A DNA stretch of 64,000 bases from a virus (taxonomy: Duplodnaviria; Heunggongvirae; Uroviricota; Caudoviricetes), in IMG/VR virus record IMGVR_UViG_3300031555_004037; one strand, written 5' to 3'. The notes beneath the pieces are model-generated. The model saw nothing but the letters and a program-made list of their open reading frames with translations, was not told where the DNA came from and made no database searches. This document shows positions 19,401-29,022 of this stretch, piece by piece. The translations under genes were made by a program, and so were the position numbers. The stretch's first letter is position 1, and each line of letters begins with the position of its first letter.

Positions 19401-19636
19401 TAAGTACAATATTATCAAACCTAGTAGCATTTGCTATGTCTATGCCTACAAACATAATTATTCTTATAATTGTTTGTTTGATTATGAAAGTGCTAGGAAA
19501 ATCAGTAATGCAATGTGTTAAGGTAATCGTTGGTTATCTTCTTATTGGATTATTGTTAGGTATTTTTGGTATTACAATGCCTAGTTTTTTAGCAATAGGT
19601 CAATGGATTGTAGATGTCGCAAAGTCACTATGGTAA
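19397..19636 (+). CDS. small membrane protein (2 TM)
   Basis: 79 aa, two hydrophobic helices; ATGA overlap. Confidence 0.45.
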   Translation: MISTILSNLVAFAMSMPTNIIILIIVCLIMKVLGKSVMQCVKVIVGYLLIGLLLGIFGITMPSFLAIGQWIVDVAKSLW

Positions 19637-19652
19637 ATTAAAATGCGTGGGT

Positions 19653-19702
19653 AAATTATCTAATAACATATAAAATATTAACTAAACAAATTATTAGATA
19701 AT
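19653..19702 (+). promoter_or_regulatory. 13-bp perfect inverted repeat AATTATCTAATAA / TTATTAGATAATT
   Basis: Arms at 19653-19665 and 19690-19702, 24-nt spacer, upstream of the repeat-protein gene; AT-rich. Confidence 0.3.
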
Positions 19703-19745
19703 TCGTTATTTAATAATTTGTTTTTTATTAAAAAGGAGAATTTTT

Positions 19746-21065
19746 ATGAGTAAAATAGGAGAACAAAACAGAGCAACTAATGGTCAAATGATGACTATAG
19801 TTGATTATCGAAATTCCTATGATATTGATGTGAAATTTGAAGATGGTTGTATTGTTAAAAATAAGGCATATCAGTCTTTTAAGAAAGGTTCGATTAGAAA
19901 TCCAAGTTTGACAAAAGATACACCGAAACAATCTAATTTAAAAACACATAATAAAATAGGAGAAAGTAAAATTGCTAATAATGGTCAAAAGATGACTATT
20001 ATTGAATATTTTGCAGCAGACAACATAACAGTTGAATTTGAAGATGGTACGATTGTTAAAAATCGAGCCTATCAATCATTTAAAAATGGTTCTATTAAAA
20101 ACCCTACTACAAAAGCAAATTTTGATGCAACTCTTCAAAAAATGACTAATAAAAGAATTGGGGAAAAATCTATGAGTTCTTGTGGAATTGGTATGACTAT
20201 TATTGCATATCGTTCTGCAAAAGACATTGATGTAAAATTTGAAGACGGTACTGTGGTACAAAATGTTTGGTATAACAGATTTAAGTCAGGAAATGTTAAA
20301 CACCCTATTGCAGGTAAAGACGGTATTCGATTAGGTGCAACAAATACTAATAAGGATAATCGTAAAATGAAAATTGCTGAATATATCAATTCAAATAATA
20401 TTATAGTTGAATTTGAAGATGGTGTACGACTTAAAACCTCATATAAAGCATTTAAAGACGGTATTGCTAAACATCCTGCTGACGGTTCTTGTAGACATAT
20501 TGGAGAAATTGTAACTGCTAAAAATGGTCAAAAAGCAACTCTCAAAGAGTGGAAGAGCAATAGAAATATTGTGGTTGAATTTGAAGATGGAACAGTTATA
20601 AATACAAGTTATAGGTATTTTAAAGAGGGTAAAATTGGAAACCCTAATTATACTTTAAATGATAGATGTAGAGAAAAGAGAATTGGAGAAACATCTATAT
20701 CAACTAATGGACAGAAAATTACTATTATTGATTATATTAAGTCAAATGATATTAAAGTACAATTTGAAGATGGTGTAATTGTAGAACACGCACATTATAA
20801 TTCTTTTAAAAATGGTACTATTCATAATCCAAAAATGCCTTTAATTAAAAAGGGAAATAATAGTAAAATTCGTATGGGGGAAACTAAAAAAGCTAATAAT
20901 GGTATGAATATGACTATTATTGCTTATAGAAAATCTAACGATATTGATGTTAAATTTGAAGATGGTACTGTTGTAACAAATAAAAACTATCAAGATTTTA
21001 AATCAGGAGAAATTAGAAACCCTAATGTTTCCTTATCATCATATTCTAAAAAATATAATAAATAA
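19746..21065 (+). CDS. protein made of seven tandem ~60-aa repeats (unknown repeat family)
   Basis: Seven units of IGExxxxxNGQxMTIIxYxxxxDIxVxFEDGTxVxNxxYxxFKxGxIxNP. Confidence 0.6.
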   Translation: MSKIGEQNRATNGQMMTIVDYRNSYDIDVKFEDGCIVKNKAYQSFKKGSIRNPSLTKDTPKQSNLKTHNKIGESKIANNGQKMTIIEYFAADNITVEFEDGTIVKNRAYQSFKNGSIKNPTTKANFDATLQKMTNKRIGEKSMSSCGIGMTIIAYRSAKDIDVKFEDGTVVQNVWYNRFKSGNVKHPIAGKDGIRLGATNTNKDNRKMKIAEYINSNNIIVEFEDGVRLKTSYKAFKDGIAKHPADGSCRHIGEIVTAKNGQKATLKEWKSNRNIVVEFEDGTVINTSYRYFKEGKIGNPNYTLNDRCREKRIGETSISTNGQKITIIDYIKSNDIKVQFEDGVIVEHAHYNSFKNGTIHNPKMPLIKKGNNSKIRMGETKKANNGMNMTIIAYRKSNDIDVKFEDGTVVTNKNYQDFKSGEIRNPNVSLSSYSKKYNK

Positions 21066-21080
21066 GGAGTGTGATTTAAT

Positions 21081-21389
21081 ATGACACATTCTTTTGAAGA
21101 GAGATATGAATTGGTTACAAAGGCTATTGAATTACAAGTTTTCAAAACCTTAAAATATGATATTGACCACGCACAAGATGAAGAAAGTCAAAATTGTTTA
21201 AGAAATGTAGCAACTAAATTACAAAGAACAACAGGATATGATTATAATGAATTATATAGGTTTGTCTTATTTATTGATAATGAAGAAAAAGTTGCATATG
21301 TACCAAAACAATATCTCATAGATAGAATTGATGAAAATTGTGGATATGATATAGTTTTAGAAGAAATAAATCAAATATTAGGTGGTTAA
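21081..21389 (+). CDS. hypothetical protein
   Basis: 102-aa ORF with RBS AAGGAG. Confidence 0.4.
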   Translation: MTHSFEERYELVTKAIELQVFKTLKYDIDHAQDEESQNCLRNVATKLQRTTGYDYNELYRFVLFIDNEEKVAYVPKQYLIDRIDENCGYDIVLEEINQILGG

Positions 21390-21981
21390 TATGGCAAAAT
21401 TGTGGTTTAATTATGGTGCTATGGGTTCTAGTAAATCAGCAGTAGCACTTATGACAGTTTTCAATTATAAGGAAAAAGGTTTAAATCCATTATTATTACA
21501 ACCTAAAATTTCTAATCGTGATGGAGATAAAATTGTTAAATCAAGAATTGGTATATCTGAAAAATGTGAATATTTAGAAGATTATATTACTACTTGGAAA
21601 GAAACAAAGAATAAGGTCAAACAATATGATGCTATTATTGTTGACGAAGTTCAATTTATAACAGTAGAGCAAGTTGATTTACTATGGAAAATTGTTAAAA
21701 AATTAAATATTCCTGTATTATGTTATGGACTTGATACAGATTTTAAATTAAATTATTTTTCTGCTAGTGAAAGATTAAAACAACTTCATAAGAAATATCC
21801 AAAGAAATGTAAAATGAAAAGATTAAGAACAGTTTGTTGGTGTGGTAAGGGTGCTATTTGTAATACTCGTATTCATAATGGTAAAATTATTAAATCAGGT
21901 AAGCAAATTGAATTAGGTGCTAATGATAAATATATATCCTTATGTAAGAAACATTATAAATTAGAACAATTAGGAAACTAA
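21382..21981 (+). CDS. tdk: thymidine kinase
   Basis: P-loop YGAMGSSKS; VDEVQF; C-terminal zinc ribbon CWCGKGAICNTR...CKKHY. Confidence 0.85.
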   Translation: MVNMAKLWFNYGAMGSSKSAVALMTVFNYKEKGLNPLLLQPKISNRDGDKIVKSRIGISEKCEYLEDYITTWKETKNKVKQYDAIIVDEVQFITVEQVDLLWKIVKKLNIPVLCYGLDTDFKLNYFSASERLKQLHKKYPKKCKMKRLRTVCWCGKGAICNTRIHNGKIIKSGKQIELGANDKYISLCKKHYKLEQLGN

Positions 21982-21986
21982 TTATT

Positions 21987-22027
21987 AAGACGGTTACGAT
22001 TATTTTCGTTTCCGTCTTATTTTTTAT
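21987..22027 (+). terminator. rho-independent terminator
   Basis: AAGACGG...CCGTCTT with an inner ACGA/TCGT pair, then ATTTTTTAT. Confidence 0.7.
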
Positions 22028-22037
22028 AATTAAGGGA

Positions 22038-22179
22038 GTTTTATTGGACACATTGTTTGTTATAATACATACATAAAGATAAACCAAATATTTATAAAGT
22101 TATCAATGTCCGTTTTATTGGACTTATATATTGATATAATATAAAAAAGGTTTACAAATAATAAAAAGTGTGCTATATT
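22038..22179 (+). promoter_or_regulatory. tandem promoter cluster: two copies of GTTTTATTGGAC-N11-TATAAT plus TTTACA-17-TATATT
   Basis: Copy 1 22038-22066, copy 2 22102-22130 (64 bp apart, identical spacing); third promoter 22151-22179; all upstream of the HD gene. Confidence 0.4.
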
Positions 22180-22214
22180 ATATATAGTGAATAAAGAAAG
22201 ACGAGGTAAAGATT

Positions 22215-23009
22215 ATGAAGAATGAATTTATTAAGATGGTAGGAACAATTAAGAATGACGATTTAAGAAATGTAGCAATGGTTATGGTAGATGACGCACC
22301 TGACTATTTTTGGACATTAGCAGCATCTTCAACAGGTAAGTATCATCCCCAGTGTGATTTGGGTATGGGTGGTCTTGTTAGACATTCTATTATGGTTGCA
22401 CAGGCAGCTGTTGATTTTGTTCGTAGTGAGATTTTTGTAGAAGATACAGAATTGAATGTGGATATGGCAATTATTGCTGGTCTTTTCCACGATATTTTAA
22501 AGCACGGTATTGTAGCAGAAGATGGAACATACAATAAGTATACAGTATTTAACCATCCTATTCTTGGTGCTGAATTTGTACAGACACATTTTGATAATGC
22601 AAATATTGATGCTGATATTACAAAGGTTATTGTTGGGGCAATCAATTCTCATATGGGTAAGTGGAATACTGATAAGAGAAATCCTGATATTGTATTATCA
22701 GTACCGTCTACATCTTTCCAGAAGTTAGTACATAGTGCTGACTATGTTGCTAGTAGAAAGTATATTGGTGGTCTTTCCGATTGGGGATATATTAAGTCCG
22801 TAGAACATATTGACCTTACAACAGAAGAAAAGGATATTATTGAAAAGGCTATTACACTTGATACTGTTGATATGTCATCTGTTGAAGAGTTGGAAATTAC
22901 TAGAACAGAAGAAGAGATTAAGGATATTTGGAACTCAATTTACAAGCAGGGTTGGAAGTCCGAAAAGCAGAAGAAGTATATTGAGTTGGCAAAGAGAAAT
23001 ATTAAGTAA
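22215..23009 (+). CDS. HD-domain phosphohydrolase
   Basis: KYHPQCDLGMGGLVRHS ... IIAGLFHDILKHG (H...HD metal-binding motif). Confidence 0.7.
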   Translation: MKNEFIKMVGTIKNDDLRNVAMVMVDDAPDYFWTLAASSTGKYHPQCDLGMGGLVRHSIMVAQAAVDFVRSEIFVEDTELNVDMAIIAGLFHDILKHGIVAEDGTYNKYTVFNHPILGAEFVQTHFDNANIDADITKVIVGAINSHMGKWNTDKRNPDIVLSVPSTSFQKLVHSADYVASRKYIGGLSDWGYIKSVEHIDLTTEEKDIIEKAITLDTVDMSSVEELEITRTEEEIKDIWNSIYKQGWKSEKQKKYIELAKRNIK

Positions 23010-23024
23010 CTAACAATTTTACAA

Positions 23025-23459
23025 GTGAATAAGGAGAAATATATGAATTATATTATTGTAGTTATTATTATCGGTATTATTTTAATTATTGGTGCGGGAT
23101 ATTTAACAATGTCAATAAGTTATGACGACAACATTACAAGAATTGTTTTAGCCATTTGTTGTATATTGCTGATATTTGGAGTTTATTTTTCTGGAGATTT
23201 ATTTTTCAAAAAAGCAACAATGGTAAAAGTTATTGAAACATATGAACTTGTAGACGAAAACGACTCGAATTACATTAGTGTTTCAGGTGGTAGAAGTCGT
23301 GGTGCTTATGTGTGTTATTTAGATGACGGAGAATATAAAACATATAATGTTGGTAATGCTACCATTTTAAAAGATGACGGTAAATCTCGTATGGAAAAAC
23401 AGAAATATAAATGGGGATTTTTAACAGGAACTAAATATGTAATTTATTTAAATGAATAA
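23025..23459 (+). CDS. membrane protein (N-terminal TM helices)
   Basis: YIIVVIIIGIILIIGAGYL and LAICCILLIFGVYF. Confidence 0.45.
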   Translation: MNKEKYMNYIIVVIIIGIILIIGAGYLTMSISYDDNITRIVLAICCILLIFGVYFSGDLFFKKATMVKVIETYELVDENDSNYISVSGGRSRGAYVCYLDDGEYKTYNVGNATILKDDGKSRMEKQKYKWGFLTGTKYVIYLNE

Positions 23460-23467
23460 AAAGAAAA

Positions 23468-23500
23468 AGGGAGCATTATTAAAAATGTTCCCTTTATTTT
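23468..23500. terminator. bidirectional terminator between convergent genes
   Basis: AGGGAGCAT...ATGTTCCCT (one G-U) flanked by an A-run and a T-run. Confidence 0.55.
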
Positions 23501-23848
23501 TTATTTTTTATTTCTCGCTAATTCAAGTCCTTTTTCAATATTAAAGATAATAGGAATAAAATATAATAAATCTCCATCATCAATATCTAAATCTGAAAAT
23601 TCTATTTCATTTATATCCCCCTCTGTAATACATAACATTAGTTCTTCAACATTTAGTTTACATAATAATAAAAGTTCATCTTGATTTAATACTGAACACA
23701 ATTCATTTAAAGTAGACATAAAAATATCATCTTCTGCAAAATGAAACTCTAATTCATCTTTAATAATATTTTTTAAATCAACTCCACCCTTAAACATTTG
23801 TAAGGGTTCAACATTAACAGCAATAGTAATTTTTTTACGATAGTGCAT
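23501..23848 (-). CDS. acidic hypothetical protein (paralogue of 23932-24456)
   Basis: Shared N-terminal motif VNVEPLQMFKGGVDLKNIIKDEL; RBS AAGGAG 9 nt upstream on the minus strand. Confidence 0.5.
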   Translation of the reverse strand: MHYRKKITIAVNVEPLQMFKGGVDLKNIIKDELEFHFAEDDIFMSTLNELCSVLNQDELLLLCKLNVEELMLCITEGDINEIEFSDLDIDDGDLLYFIPIIFNIEKGLELARNKK

Positions 23849-23888
23849 AATAATATACTCCTTTCATATTTTATTATAATTAAATAGA

Positions 23889-23923
23889 ATAAAAAATAAG
23901 GGAGATATTTTAATTCTCCCTTA
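23889..23923 (-). terminator. rho-independent terminator for the minus-strand gene
   Basis: TAAGGGAGA...TCTCCCTTA; T-run on the minus strand. Confidence 0.5.
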
Positions 23924-23931
23924 TATATTAT

Positions 23932-24456
23932 TTATTTGTCTTCTTCAGAAAATATACCAATACCATTAACGAAGTCAAAAGCACCTTGATAATCCCATTC
24001 CATTTTATCCTTTGTAAAAAACAACTCTGCCTTGTTAAGATTTAAAGTAATAGGTATCATAACTGACATTGTACCATATATAAAATTGTCTACCTCTTCA
24101 TCAGTTTCTAAATCTTCCAAATCTTTCAATTCATCCACATTCAAGGTTAATTCATCTTCATTGTATCTGTCTAAATGAATATCATTTGGTTTTTCTACTG
24201 AAACATATCTCATACCCGTTTCCTTAACTTCTAAACATTGCATAAATTCGTCAAAAGTTAATTTAAGTGGTATATAATAATCCCTATTGTCTGTAAATTT
24301 TTCTGCAATAGCATTTGTTATTAAACCCCCTTGATTATAAAATTCATCTCGCAATTTTTCGGTAACTAAATCTTTTACCGTAATACCACCTTCAAACATC
24401 TGTGAAAGATTTACAGAAAAATGATACTGAAAGTCTACTAATTTGTCTTTGTTCAT
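23932..24456 (-). CDS. acidic hypothetical protein (paralogue of 23501-23848)
   Basis: VNLSQMFEGGITVKDLVTEKL; Asp/Glu-rich (DELKDLEDLETDEEVD). Confidence 0.5.
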   Translation of the reverse strand: MNKDKLVDFQYHFSVNLSQMFEGGITVKDLVTEKLRDEFYNQGGLITNAIAEKFTDNRDYYIPLKLTFDEFMQCLEVKETGMRYVSVEKPNDIHLDRYNEDELTLNVDELKDLEDLETDEEVDNFIYGTMSVMIPITLNLNKAELFFTKDKMEWDYQGAFDFVNGIGIFSEEDK

Positions 24457-24458
24457 TA

Positions 24459-24788
24459 TTATGAACCCTCCTTTAATTGTTTTTTATTTATATTATCAAT
24501 AAGTGCTTGTTCTTCTTCATAATTATCTTTATTTGTAAATGGTTCAGGTAAATGTGTCATTACATTATCCCAATCCACTTCTGTACCACAATTATGACAG
24601 AATTTTTCATTATTGCCTAAAATTCTAAAACTCTGTGAACAACAAGAACACTTATAAATAATTTCTTTATATGGATGCCACGATGTAATTTCTGTGGCAG
24701 TAGGTTTCATTTTTGATTTCATTTTTATCTCCTTATAAAAACATTTTGATTTAATTATTATATCAATATTATAAGTTTCTGTATACAA
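24459..24788 (-). CDS. zinc-ribbon protein
   Basis: CSCCSQSFRILGNNEKFCHNCG (Cys4). Confidence 0.5.
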   Translation of the reverse strand: MYTETYNIDIIIKSKCFYKEIKMKSKMKPTATEITSWHPYKEIIYKCSCCSQSFRILGNNEKFCHNCGTEVDWDNVMTHLPEPFTNKDNYEEEQALIDNINKKQLKEGS

Positions 24789-24862
24789 ATTTTTGATTTA
24801 TTTTAATGTTTTTTGGATATAACTACCTTTGAAATAATTAAAAGTTTGTTTATAATTAAAAA

Positions 24863-24881
24863 TTAAGCACTATTTAATTAT
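24863..24881 (+). promoter_or_regulatory. conserved intergenic motif TTAAGCACTATTTAATTAT (copy 2)
   Basis: In the divergent intergenic region, 66 bp upstream of the topoisomerase gene. Confidence 0.45.
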
Positions 24882-24946
24882 GTAAGTATACAAAAAATTA
24901 TTTTTTTGTTATAATAAATAAAAATTATAGAAAGGAAAATTAAATA

Positions 24947-26860
24947 ATGGGAAGTAATTTATACACAGAAAATAGTATTGTTACTGAATCTCCAAGAGAA
25001 TTTACGAGAAGAGTTCCATCTACTTATTTAGGTTCTAGCAAAAAGAATACTAACCTTGTTAAGGAAATCTTTGCCAATGCTGCTGATGAACACAGTATTG
25101 GAAACTGTGATTACATCAAAGTATCTGTAGATACAGATAAAAACATTTATATCGTTGAAGATAATGGACAAGGTTTTCTTGTAAATGCAGGTATTGATGA
25201 AGACGGAGAAACAATTTTACAGCGTTCTTTTGATAAATTAAATACATCAGGTAAAACAACTCAAGATGGTGTTTATCAAGGTACTGCTTTAGGACTAAAT
25301 GGTATTGGTGCAAAACTTACTAACTGGTTATCAAAATCTTTAAATGTAGTTACATATAGAGATGGAGAATTTGAAGAATTAAATTTTACAGATGGTATTT
25401 TTGTTAATAGAAAAGTTGGTAAGAAAGATAGACATTCTGGAACAGTAGTTACTTGGCATCCAGATGAACAATTCTTTGCTGAAAATATTCCTGACGATTT
25501 AGCATTAAAATCACATTTTGAAATTATTGCAGCATTATGTCCAAAATTAACTATTGAATACACTTATAATGGAAATAAAACTGTATATAAAGAGCCTAAT
25601 GGAATTACTGCTTATGTAGAAAGAAAAGTAAATGGGAAAGAATTATTTGCAAATCGTTTCATTATGGAAAGAAATATCGGTAAAGATGTTCTTAATATTT
25701 GTTTAACTTATACATCTGATTATTCAGAAAATATTGACGCTTATGTAAATTTAGGACATACAGATGGTGGAGAGCATATTAAGTCATTCCATACAGCATT
25801 TACAAAGGCTGTAAATAAGTATGCTACTGAAACAAATTTACTTAAAAAGAGTGATAAGAATTTTAGTACAGCCGAAATTTCAGAGGGATTATATGTAGTA
25901 TTTAATATGACTACAACAACTGCAAAATATGACGCACAGAATAAATCAAGAATTGATGATATTGACTCAAAGATTATCAATGCAGTAGTTGGTGGAGATT
26001 TTGCTACTTGGTTAATCAATAATCCTACTGACGCTAAAATTATTGTTGAGAGAGCCTTAACTGCAAGAAAAGCAAGAGAGGCTGCACAGAAAGCAAAGGA
26101 AAAGATTAGAGATGCTGGTAAAGTAAATAAGAAAACATTATTTGTAGATTTACCATCAAAATTATCTGACGCATATCCAAAGAATAAGAAAGATAGAAGT
26201 AATTGTGAAATTTATATCACAGAGGGAGATTCTGCTGCGTCTTCTATCAATGCGACAAAGGATAGTACATTCCAAGCCTGTTTCCCTATTCGTGGTAAGG
26301 TATTATGTTGTCAAAAGGCTACACCAGATAAAGTATTTGGAAATCAAGAAATTTCAAATATTGCAAAAGCACTTGGTCTTGAAATTGACAAATCAACTGG
26401 AAAACTTATTTATGATGCAAAGAAATTAAGATATGTAAGAATTATTATTGCAACTGATGCCGATGCTGATGGTGACGATATTTCTTCATTATTATTAACT
26501 GTGTTTAATTGGTTATGTCCAGAACTTATTGAAAATGGACATATTTATAGAGTATATGGTGCATTATTTAAGGCAACTTTTAATGATGGAACATATATAA
26601 CATTCCAAAACGATGTGGAATTTGAAAATTGGAAAAAGACTAATAAGAAAGCATATAAGTTATCTCGTGCTAAAGGTCTTGGAGAATTAACAAAAGAAGA
26701 AACCTATGAACAGTTAATCAATCCCGAAACAAGAGATTTAAGAAGACTTGTTGCGTCCGATATGGATGAATTTAATAAGTATCTTGAAATGTTTAAGGGT
26801 GCTGATATTGAACCTCGTAGAGCATATCTTGAAGAACATCATAATGATTATGAAGAGTAA
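24947..26860 (+). CDS. type IIA DNA topoisomerase, ATPase/TOPRIM subunit (GyrB/ParE/T4 gp39-like)
   Basis: GHKL ATP-binding FANAADEH; TOPRIM EGDSAASS and IIATDADADGDD. Confidence 0.85.
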   Translation: MGSNLYTENSIVTESPREFTRRVPSTYLGSSKKNTNLVKEIFANAADEHSIGNCDYIKVSVDTDKNIYIVEDNGQGFLVNAGIDEDGETILQRSFDKLNTSGKTTQDGVYQGTALGLNGIGAKLTNWLSKSLNVVTYRDGEFEELNFTDGIFVNRKVGKKDRHSGTVVTWHPDEQFFAENIPDDLALKSHFEIIAALCPKLTIEYTYNGNKTVYKEPNGITAYVERKVNGKELFANRFIMERNIGKDVLNICLTYTSDYSENIDAYVNLGHTDGGEHIKSFHTAFTKAVNKYATETNLLKKSDKNFSTAEISEGLYVVFNMTTTTAKYDAQNKSRIDDIDSKIINAVVGGDFATWLINNPTDAKIIVERALTARKAREAAQKAKEKIRDAGKVNKKTLFVDLPSKLSDAYPKNKKDRSNCEIYITEGDSAASSINATKDSTFQACFPIRGKVLCCQKATPDKVFGNQEISNIAKALGLEIDKSTGKLIYDAKKLRYVRIIIATDADADGDDISSLLLTVFNWLCPELIENGHIYRVYGALFKATFNDGTYITFQNDVEFENWKKTNKKAYKLSRAKGLGELTKEETYEQLINPETRDLRRLVASDMDEFNKYLEMFKGADIEPRRAYLEEHHNDYEE

Positions 26861-28936
26861 TTGGAGGAACTTATGTCAAAAAAAGTAGAAATTCCATTTA
26901 ATGTAATTGACCAAGATATTATTGGGGAATTAAAGAAAAATTATATTATCTATGCAAATGAGTTAAATAAACATAGAGCAATTCCTTATATCTTAAATGG
27001 TCTAAAGCCTATTGCAGCACATATTATTTGGGCTATGAAAGCAAATAATAGAACACATAATAAGAATTATACAAAATCTGCAAAGGTTACAGGAGAAATT
27101 ATGAATTATTCTCCACACGGAGATTCATATGACTCTTGTGTGAGATTAGCACAAGACTTTATTTATCATATTCCATATATTGATGGACACGGTTCTTTTG
27201 GTTCTGCCATTGGTGGACCTACTCCTGGTGCTTCAAGATATACGGAAATGAGATTAAGTAAATTTATTGAAGATGTATTATTATATAATACAGATTTATT
27301 AGATATGGGGCTTAATTATCTTGAAGAAGATGAAGAACCTATTATCAATAATTGGGTGGCATTATTACCTTTAATGTTTATTACTAATACAACAGGTATG
27401 GGATATGCTACATCACAAACTTGGTCATCTGGAAATTTATATGAATTTAGAGAACAATTATTAAATTATCTTAATAATGGAGAAGTTGATTGTTCTAATA
27501 TTTATCCAGATTTCCCTACTGGTGGTATTATTGTAAATAAATCCGATATGAAGTCCTTATATGAAAATGGTAAGGGTACAATTAAACTTCGTGGTAAGGC
27601 AGAAGTTGATGGTAATACAATTAGAATTTTATCATTACCATATCAGAAATATCCAGAACAGTTTATTGAAGATATTAAAAAGTATGTTGCAAATAATGCA
27701 AATACCATTAAAGATGTTGCGAATATGTGTGGTATGAATGGCTTTTTAATTGAAATTGAATGTGACGATGGAACTGCTGAATATACATTAGAAACATTGT
27801 ATAAGAAAACTTGTTTACAGATTAGTATTTCTGACGAACATAAAGCAGTTATGCCTAATGGAGAAATTAAATTAGTATCACTTAAAGACTATATTGAATG
27901 TTTTGTAAATGCTAATATTGAGTTGGTTAAGAAAGAAGCACAACTTAATCTTGATAAAATTAGTTCAAGACTTGAAATTGTAGATGGTCTTTTATCAGCA
28001 TTAGACATTATTGATGATATTATTAAAGAAATTAAATCATCTAAATCAATGGACGATGCAAAGAAAACTCTTATGACTAAAACAATTAAAGGTCATAAAT
28101 TTACAGAAAGACAAGCCGATGCTATTGTTCATACACCACTTGGTAGATTAGCAAATCTTGAAAAGGTTAAATTACAAGATGAAAAAGAAGAATTAGAGAA
28201 AAAGAAAGCAGAAAATGAAAACTTATTAGTTGATTATAATGCACAGAAAACATTCTTCTTAAATAGATTTAATTCCCTTATTGATAAGTATGCTTGGGAA
28301 AGAAAAACAGAAGTAATTGATGTTATAATTGATGAAGAAATTGCTGAAAAAATTAAGAAACCTAGACAGTTAAAAGTAAAGAAAGAATATATGATAGTAT
28401 TAACTGCTGAAAATTGCTTAAAACGAGTTGAGGTGTCTAAATTTAGAGCAACTTCGGAAGATGAAAAGACAGTTCGAGTACAAGGAAATGAAAGAATTGT
28501 TTTAGTATCAAATCGTGGTAATATGTATAAGGTATTTTCAAATAAGATTGATGTTTGTATGCCTGCTGCATCTGGAACTGATATTGCAACTATTAGACCT
28601 GAAATCAATGATGAAAAGATTATTGCTATTTATTCATCAGATGTAACAATTCCTTATGTGTATTTTGTTACAAAAGAGGGTATGGGTAAAAAGGTTAAGT
28701 CTAAAGATGTTATTCAGTTATCAAAGGATATTGGAACAACTGTATGTGGTATGAAAACTGATACTGATGAAGTAATTGCAATTAAGTTACTTAATGAAAA
28801 TGAAAATATTGAAATCACAACTACAAAGAGAAAGTTAGTAGTTGAATCAGGTAAGCCACAAGGTAGACCTGCTGTTGGACATAAAGTAATTGAGTTAAAG
28901 AAAGACGAAACTATTACAGAAGTCCATTCAATTTAA
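26861..28936 (+). CDS. type IIA DNA topoisomerase, DNA cleavage subunit (GyrA/ParC/T4 gp52-like)
   Basis: LNGLKPIAAHIIWAM ~ GyrA DGLKPVHRRVLYAM; active-site Tyr motif GASRYTEMRLS ~ AAMRYTEIRLA. Confidence 0.85.
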   Translation: MEELMSKKVEIPFNVIDQDIIGELKKNYIIYANELNKHRAIPYILNGLKPIAAHIIWAMKANNRTHNKNYTKSAKVTGEIMNYSPHGDSYDSCVRLAQDFIYHIPYIDGHGSFGSAIGGPTPGASRYTEMRLSKFIEDVLLYNTDLLDMGLNYLEEDEEPIINNWVALLPLMFITNTTGMGYATSQTWSSGNLYEFREQLLNYLNNGEVDCSNIYPDFPTGGIIVNKSDMKSLYENGKGTIKLRGKAEVDGNTIRILSLPYQKYPEQFIEDIKKYVANNANTIKDVANMCGMNGFLIEIECDDGTAEYTLETLYKKTCLQISISDEHKAVMPNGEIKLVSLKDYIECFVNANIELVKKEAQLNLDKISSRLEIVDGLLSALDIIDDIIKEIKSSKSMDDAKKTLMTKTIKGHKFTERQADAIVHTPLGRLANLEKVKLQDEKEELEKKKAENENLLVDYNAQKTFFLNRFNSLIDKYAWERKTEVIDVIIDEEIAEKIKKPRQLKVKKEYMIVLTAENCLKRVEVSKFRATSEDEKTVRVQGNERIVLVSNRGNMYKVFSNKIDVCMPAASGTDIATIRPEINDEKIIAIYSSDVTIPYVYFVTKEGMGKKVKSKDVIQLSKDIGTTVCGMKTDTDEVIAIKLLNENENIEITTTKRKLVVESGKPQGRPAVGHKVIELKKDETITEVHSI

Positions 28937-28943
28937 TTAAGAT

Positions 28944-28983
28944 AGAAATGAGATAAGTAGTTAAATATGCTTTTCTCATTTCT
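28944..28983 (+). terminator. terminator-like hairpin
   Basis: AGAAATGAGA...TCTCATTTCT, weak T-run. Confidence 0.4.
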
Positions 28984-29022
28984 TTGAATTAAACTAATAT
29001 ATAGTTTTATTGGAGGAAAATT

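Noticed and set aside
21982-22214. tRNA or other small RNA genes in the longer intergenic regions (21982-22214, 46527-46691, 46890-47108, 54826-54958)
   Set aside because: No cloverleaf-like GC-rich acceptor/T-arm signatures (e.g. GTTCGAATC-like T-loops) were visible; these regions are explained by terminators and promoters. A tRNAscan run would be needed to exclude them fully.
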